A stretch of DNA of 64,000 nucleotides from Chrysomallon squamiferum. Taxonomy: Eukaryota > Animalia > Mollusca. The DNA is taken from positions 8,184,001-8,248,000 of the forward strand of contig CM022677.1 in NCBI GenBank assembly GCA_012295275.1, written 5' to 3'. This document shows positions 55,855-64,000 of the stretch, in pieces (within the stretch, counting starts at the first letter, position 1; each line of letters opens with the position of its first letter). Under the pieces are notes generated by a model. That model made no database searches. It was not told where the DNA came from and worked only from the letters and a program-made list of their open reading frames with translations. The translations under genes were made by a program, and so were the position numbers.

Positions 55855-56245
55855 CTACACACGGGAAGAGGGTGGAGCCCATGGACGTCGGTGTCCTTGC
55901 ATTGGACGTGAACGATCGGGAGAACAAAGAAATCCACCTGTACAAGAAGAAAAGAAAAATGTTTATTTATTATATAATGTTATCTTTACTTCATTCGCAG
56001 TATAGCTGTTTCTAATATGAAAGTAGAGAATATTTTCGTAAAATAATAATGTTTCAACATATTTTATTATAACTTATACTCAGGATGTATCCATTGGTTG
56101 AATATCTTTGTCGTCGAAGGGGTCCACGTCCATGGGCTCTTCCACGCGGATTTGAAATGTTTTCATTTTTTTTAGTTTCTGAAGAAACATAGTAATCCAA
56201 GGGTAACTAAAAACTTGTTTCTCAGCTGAAATGTAAATAACTGTC

Positions 56246-56320
<75 letters not shown>

Positions 56321-57694
56321 TATATATATATATATATATTATGACTCAAAATAAATAAATAAATAATTGAGTATTGAAAAGACTCTTGTATATAGCATTA
56401 ATACCAATACGGGCTGTTATGTGAAGTGCTAATATAACAGAACAACAATGTCTGGAGGTGCCTGCACATGTAGTCATGGCGCCAGCTTGTATAGTTGAGA
56501 TCTTTAGAATAATAAATAAACATATTGTATTATAACTTATACTCAGGATGTGTCCATGGGTTGAATGTCTCTGTCGTCGAAGTTGTCCACGTCCATGAGC
56601 TCTTCCACGCGGATTCAGAAACAAAGAAAATAAATAATGTTAAAATACTTTTTATAAACCATTATCTAAATAATCTTAGACTTGAAGAAGTAATGAAAAG
56701 TTGTTGTCTGAGAATGAGATTTATGTTTCCGCCATTGTTTTATTTCTTTTATTTTTATTTTTATTATATAATTCTTATTTTATTTAGGATTCTGTAGAAA
56801 AACATGTTCGTAAGTAACCAAAATAAACACAGTTTTCAATTAAATATCTGATCTAACATTAATATAGCATAATCTAATTTGAACAAAACACCAATTTAAA
56901 CTAAAATATGTTAATAATATAAAAATTAAACTCACATCAATGTGGACCCTCATTATTTGTAGATGAAATTCAGTATATAAAGCGGAAAAAACCAAACAAA
57001 CATTATTTTAAGGATATAAAATAGAATTATCCGCTTAGGATACATTTTAATTTGTAAGTAGAAAGTCTTTAATTATTTAAATGTTATTATAATTTAATCT
57101 GTTATCGTAGTCGTAATAATAAAAAAAAATCTGTAAGATTTCTAGTTATTTTAGGCATCCCTACACCCCAAAATATTTGACTTAGAAATAATTCTTGATA
57201 TTTAAACCAATATACAACAAAGGTACAAATGTTTGATCCAAGAGGTCCCATAATATTCTACACACGGGAAGAGGGTGGAGCCTATGGACGTCGGTGTCCT
57301 TGCATTGGCCGTGAGCGATCGGGAGTACCAAAGAAATCCACCTGTACAAGAAGAAAAGAAAAATGTTTAGTTATTATATAATGTCATGTTTACTTCATTC
57401 GCAGTATAGCTGTGTCTAATATGAAAGTAGAGAATATATGCGAAAAATAATAATGTTTCAACATATTTTATTATGATACCTTATTCTCAGGTTGTATCTA
57501 TGGGTTCCCCGAATGGGTCAACCTCCATTGGTTGAATGTCTCTGTCGTCGAAGGGGTCGACGTCCATGGGCTCTTCGAAACGGATTCTGAAAATAACAGA
57601 ACTGTTCAAGTATTTTATAGAAACCATTAACTAAATATTTTTAGACGTGAAGAATTAATAAAATAATAGTTGTCAGATAATGAGATATGTTTTA
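55855..57694 (-). repeat. Cluster of duplicated mini-exon-like units encoding EEPMDVD..DD.DIQPM peptides, plus inverted homologues
   Basis: Minus-strand copies at ~56080-56155, ~56542-56617 and ~57487-57587. Plus-strand RVEPMDVG copies at ~55856-55945 and ~57258-57345. Block 55856-56160 is duplicated at 57258-57590. Confidence 0.8.
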
Positions 57695-57894
57695 NNNNNN
57701 NNNNNNNNNNNNNNNNNNNNNNNNNNNNNNNNNNNNNNNNNNNNNNNNNNNNNNNNNNNNNNNNNNNNNNNNNNNNNNNNNNNNNNNNNNNNNNNNNNNN
57801 NNNNNNNNNNNNNNNNNNNNNNNNNNNNNNNNNNNNNNNNNNNNNNNNNNNNNNNNNNNNNNNNNNNNNNNNNNNNNNNNNNNNNNNNNNNNNN
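57695..57894. other. Assembly gap (200 N)
   Basis: Run of exactly 200 N. Confidence 0.99.
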
Positions 57895-60449
57895 ATCTAA
57901 TGATGCATTTATCAATTCAAATTATTTACTGAAAGATAATTTAAAGTTAGATAACAAATATGTCTAAAATAAATTTGAATCACATAATTAAAGCTAAAGT
58001 AGAATTTTTCATTCAGAAAGACCTTCAACAAAATTAACATAGATCTGTATTTCTTTATGAACTAATTTCACACACACCTCAACATCATTCCTTAAGCCAT
58101 GCATTTAATACCACCTTGAAAATGACCAAGGTGTAACCAGACTTGCTAATCATTATTCATTGTGAAAAATCCCACAATAAAGGGCAACTGATTATTTCTG
58201 ATAACTTACTGAATCACAACAATTTGTATAAATGTTTAGAACTTGGCAGAAAAAACTATGTGATTGCAGTAATTTTGATAACATATTGCATTACCTTTCT
58301 GGGACAGCACAGTACTGACTCTATACATCTAATTTTAGATTTGATTAAAAATACAATAAACTTATCCAGAATAATAATCTTTTAATCCGAAAAGATCATT
58401 TTAGAATCAGATGATATAATTAATGCAAACCACAAAAAAGTTGTTTATGCCTGCAGATCTTTTTGTTATATATATATCATAAAGTTAGCAGATTTGATTC
58501 CTCAACAAGGAAGTGACCCAGCTGAAAAAAAAAAAATCATTGAACAAAATAATGCAGACAATCACATGATGCTGCAAACACTAACAGTTAATGAGTTAAA
58601 ACCTTGATTAAAAAATATATTACAGAGAACAAAAATAAAAGAGAATTCTGCCATTTTCACTAAGTCTTCTTCTATATGAATGAAAATTACCTGTGATGCA
58701 AACAACTGAATTACCCTGAATAAAAATGGTGTGCAAATATTTTTTTTAGTAAAGTAGTGGTTTCACTTTATTTGCTGAATGGAAAAGTGTTGTGCCATTT
58801 TAATTTTTATTTTAACTTAACCTCTTAATTTTGTTCTATTATTGCTTTATTTATTCTTTTGCATTTTATTATAGTTTTGAATTTATTCTATTCAAAATCA
58901 ATTAGCTTAATATAAAAACAATATAGTTGCGAATGTGAAACTGTAGAAAATGTTTATCATTAAGTTCTGGTTAATATTTTGAACAAAATTATTAAAATTA
59001 CATTGATCACATTGATCACAAATTAAAGAAAATCAAAATTAATATTTCAAAGAAAACATTTTTAGCATTAGCAGTTTTTTTTAGCTCTCTTAACAATACT
59101 TTATTATAACACTTTCGTTATATTCAAAGAACTAAAAACTTAAAATGATAAAAATAGTAGAATAATGCTATAAGTGTATAATTAAGTTGTACATCACTAT
59201 CAGACGAGAATCTAACAAGATTTAATTTTTTTTTAATGGTATTTTTTAGCATTTGCATGAAATTGAAATGATCTGCAAATGGTTTATTTTATGAATTCAG
59301 TGGAAAATAAACTGGCAGAATTCTTACTGATCTTTTAACTAGATAAGAAAAGTAACATAATCAGTGACAATGTAACAACATGGAATATTCAAACAGTATA
59401 CATATATTAGACAGGGTATATCTTATATCTTGCATGCGACCTCATATCAGATTAAACATAAATACATATAATGACCCCTTCATATATATAGAAAATTTAA
59501 TTCTATGAAAGTGACTTGAAGAATTCCTATATTTAAAGTTTTTAAAACAGATCAGGGTTTTTCATTAATTATAAATGCACTCACAAACACATATATACAT
59601 ATACAATTATCAAATGTATATAATTATAATTATGATGTAATAGTTCTAACAGACTGTGTTTAAAAAACAAACTTATTCCAGATTTAATTACTATACAATG
59701 TTTTAGTGCAACACAAACACATACACACATACATACATACATACATACAAGCTTGCAACTCACCAACATTCGTAAAGGTTTGGATTTGTCCATGTTTTCA
59801 GGTGAGATGATCTGAATGGTCACAATCAGTTTTACACATAATCACCTGCAACACCAGAAAGATTTTATATACTTATAGTGAGTGAAAATAAATAAATATA
59901 TAATGTGTAATCCACCAGATTGCTAGTTGATATTCTCAGTAATAGTTGAAATGCATATTAATAAAAAAAACAAAAAAAAACTGAAACAACAACAGTCACC
60001 CAGTGTTACTTCTGGAGATAACAAAAAACCAACAAACTGCCAACACAATCCAGCCCATTAAGAAAAGATTTAAGGAAAAAAGAAGTAAAGAAAAATTTGT
60101 TTCTTGATAACTGTGTGATATTATCAATCTAATTATCATTTACAGTTTTTATACAAATAAAACTTAAGAAAGAAAAAGCAATACATTTTTCTCCTGTACC
60201 ATTTCTGTACCAAATATAATTAAAACTTCACTGCTACCATTTTCTGCATATTCAGCAGGCTTATTGTCATCCATTCTGAAACAGAAATGACAGGGGTAAT
60301 AAATCAAATAAGTCAGCAGGTAATTTAAATATTTTGGAAAATAACAAAGAATTACTAAGAAATGTATTTAAAATAATTTTAAAAAATAATAGAAATTACA
60401 ATGTTTCCCATCAATGCAACAACTATCAGCAGTAAAACAAACCTTAAAC

Positions 60450-61140
60450 CTGTAGCATCTCAAAGATCAACAATCTTTGAAGAGTGACCTTTGTCATTCA
60501 AGACCTGACAACAGAAATGTCTCTTTCTCAATGGGCTCAGTCATCCAGTACTCAATCTCTGCAGCTACCTGCATACTTGATTTCAGTACATGCAGCCTGT
60601 TCCATTGTTTTGTTGATGTGATTGTAGCTGCTGTCTGGAAGAGGGGGTGGCAGAATATTTGCAAGTCCACACACTCCCCACCTATACATCTCATCACAAA
60701 TGCAGCTTGATGATTTATGGTGTTCACTGACCGGTTTCATACAGCAATTTGGTCACAAGAAGGGAAGGACCTCTGCCTGTTACACTTACTGTGGAACAAT
60801 GAAATACAAATTCACTATCTAAATTTTAAATTAAGCATATCAACATGACAAAAACAATAAACAAGTTGTGACAAAATGTTCCAGCCAAATCATTATGTTG
60901 TTTCATTCTGTCATTGTCTTTCATTATTTTCTTCAGCTCTTCATTTTTCACCTGAGATCTAGTGGGTGTGGTCTTTCTTTTTCCAGGAATGTCATTTTCG
61001 GTTCCACTGACACTTGGCACTGTTAGTTTCCACTAAACTTTCAGCAGGTCCATTGTTTCTTGGTACATACATGTGTTTCGTTTTTTTTTTTATTTACTTT
61101 ATTTTGAGCCAGATGGGTTGCCATTTTGGTTTTTGGGGCA
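60450..61140 (-). mobile_element. Decayed Mutator-like (MULE) transposase, N-terminal part
   Basis: Across frameshifts it reads INHQAAFVMRCIGG...LPPPLPDSSYNHINKTMEQAA...SSMQVAAE...MT.GHSSKI. This matches the animal MULE pattern N.....MRCIG.G....C..M.LPPP...Y...SM..AA.E...DG.W..RGHSS. Further exon-like remnants may lie near 60190-60280 and 59765-59845. Confidence 0.7.
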
Positions 61141-64000
61141 GTATTGTTTTAATATATTTGAAGTTACATTGAAAAAAGCTTCTTAACTTTATTTTTTAAT
61201 TTTATTTTACATTATAAACTTTTCGGACAATATAAATGTTCACAACTGACTTGGTACAATTTAACGTAACTATTGTTCTTGTTACATTTATCAGAACAAT
61301 TTCTCTAAAAACAAATAATATTAGTATTATACTATAACTACTACCACCACTACAACCAGTAATTTGACTACAACCAGTTTTTTTTAATCACCATGAGTCT
61401 CACAAGATACGGAGACAGCATCATCAACTAAAACATCACCAAGATCAATTCTACATCATTACTACAATAAGTAGTTTATTATTAATAATGCTACAAGTAC
61501 TAATGCTGTAAGAACAATATTACTACAACAACAGAACTGACTAATACTACTAGTATAACAATAACAACCTCTACAGATGTTCCTTTCTGCCATATTCTTT
61601 GATGACATTTCTCTCCTGTGGTGACCTCACAGAATTAGCTCTTCTTGTGTACAGAGCAGTTTATTTACCTTTTTAGTTATGTGTGAGTCTGTCAGAGAGA
61701 CAGAGAGGCCATGAAACATTTACATGTACATATCCTATTCAAAACCAAAACAGAAAACCAGACCTAATATAAATTATGTTGATTAACTAGTTATTAAGAT
61801 TAATATATTTTAAAATTACCACCGAAGTCATTATTTTATTTACAAACATTATTTTATTAAACAAACAATGAAAACTGAGATACAACAGCTACTGTACATC
61901 CATCTCCAATGTATTTTAGATGTCTGTCATTACAGGAATAGTAACAGGAAAGTTAAACATTTTAAAATACTCTGTTTTAAAATATAGACATTTACAACAA
62001 ACTAATCAGGTCTATATGAATGGATCTGCTAAGTGTGTGTGTTTGTGTGTGTGTGTGTGTGTGAAAGAGAGACATGTAACATGATATAAAATGTGGTGTT
62101 ACAAAATACTAATGTATGCATGTGTACTTATTGATATATTAGTTACAAAATGCAACTTCCTACATTAAATTAAATTAAACTTCGTTAGGTTTAGAATAAT
62201 GAGAAATACATAAGAAAACAAATTCAAATTCACCTGTAGTTTTTTTTTTTCTCTTTTACAGTGACAGCAGTACAAACTTTATCCTCAGTGCTGGAGAGCA
62301 CCTTCTGCTGAAACAACTTCACTAGCAAACCTAAACATCAATTATGTGCATTCTGAAAAAAAGAAATACAAAATAAAATAATAAAAATAATAAACTGTTA
62401 TAGATAAATAGCTAACGTTTTTGTTATTATTAAAATTTAAATTGTACAGGCACGATTTACTGGATTATTCAGTAATTTATCACTAATAAAACATACCCTG
62501 CCACTGTTGAGAGGTTTCTGAAAAAATTCTAACACCGGCCTCACACATCACTTGACAGCAGACTTGATTCATATTATCAATAGTCTCTTGTATCCCTTCC
62601 CTTTCCTTCTTGTTCCTGTCTCTAATACTAGATGTGGTGCACTGCCATGAACTGACTGAAGACAGGATACACATACCACAGTCTCTAACATATTAGATTC
62701 AATGCACTGCCTTGAACAAACAGACTCACTGTCAGGGTAGTAAACACCAGACACAACTCACTGGCTGGAACAGATTTACTGACAGTGTAGCACATACCAG
62801 TCTCTAATATACTAGACTCAACATACTGGATGGAACACAGGTATTAAGTACCACAGTCTAATATGTGATGTACTGGATGGAACAAACAGATATCTTTAAC
62901 GATATCTTTTCCACTTTATATCCAACCCCACATACACATAATAATGAAATAACAAAAATGTCTTTATTATAAACCAATACTTAAATGTTTTGTTGTGTTT
63001 ATTTCAGTCTAAATAAATATAAAGCTTTATATATCTACAATCTATGATATCATAAAATATTAAAAGTTTGCAAAATATGTAATATGTTCTAACTGAAATT
63101 ATTGTATTAATTTCCATGAATAATTTTTTTGATATATGAGAGAAAATATTAAACATAAAATGATACATTAGGAACAATTATATAATTATATGAAATATTT
63201 AAATAAAATTTAACAATAAAAATTAAATATTATTACTAAAATAAAATTATTTGCCTGCTCTTTTAAATTTTATTACAAATGTTATCAAAAATTAGAGAAC
63301 ACCAAACTGATACATACTGGTTCAAACTGAAACACAACAGCTGGTAAAGTCAGTTCTCAGGAAGACATAGCAGATGTTCAGCAGCAAATTTCTGTAGGAA
63401 AAAAAATCATTCTTTACATGTTTTTTTCTTATGAAAACAATGCAGAACATTAAAAATACAGTTTTAATAGTGTCAGTATTTTATCATATTAATTACCTAG
63501 ATTAATTATTTACATATTTTATATATAGTCTATTTAAAACCATGTATTATCACTGATAAATTCATTGCAGAATATTAAAAACAGACTTTAAGCAAACAGT
63601 GAAAATATTTTGTTATTTTATTAATTGCAAATATTAATTATTTAAATATTTACAAATTATAAATTACTGAAAACAATGCAGAACAAGTAATACAAATTTG
63701 TAGGTGACAATGATAATATTTGATTAATTATCAAGTTTTGTTTTAATTTTGAAATCTGTATGATATTAGAAAAACATTTTAATTAAGTTTTCTTTTTTTG
63801 TTTTTTTAAAATAGGATTTAAGGAAATAAGAATAAATATAATCTGCATATCATGCTAAGTAAATTTTACACAAATTAGAATAAATATTATCTTGCAAATA
63901 TATAGGCAAAACAGATGAAAATTATTAGCTGTTTTAACAGTTTTGCAGTCTTTTTTAGAGTATTAATAATAATCAATAAAATATTAAAAACAAGAAATAA

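Overview
AT-rich, microsatellite-laden eukaryotic genomic DNA, probably from an invertebrate (mollusc-like by inference), with spliceosomal GT-AG introns and two fixed 200-N scaffold gaps. Most ORFs in the supplied track are simple-repeat noise. The recognisable content is: (1) the 3' end of an RNase H-bearing (I-group) LINE; (2) one orphan exon of a LigB/Memo-like (TTE1956-type) protein next to a gap; (3) a complex tandem duplication (~6.5-24.3 kb) carrying extra copies of the upstream region and first exon of (4) a RING-coiled-coil-NHL-like TRIM-type E3 ligase gene that has no B-box and is split by a one-base frameshift; (5) a four-exon, intron-retaining MCC pseudogene fragment on the minus strand, downstream of decayed Sola-like transposase exons; (6) a hAT MITE and a decayed Mutator-like transposase; (7) a cluster of direct and inverted mini-exon-like units encoding EEPMDVD peptides. 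I see no prokaryote-style system (CRISPR, operon, rRNA, tRNA) and cannot claim a confirmed new biological system. The best leads are the split TRIM, the self-complementary PMDVD exon cluster and the transposase-MCC arrangement. All family calls come from motif recognition by eye, not from database searches.
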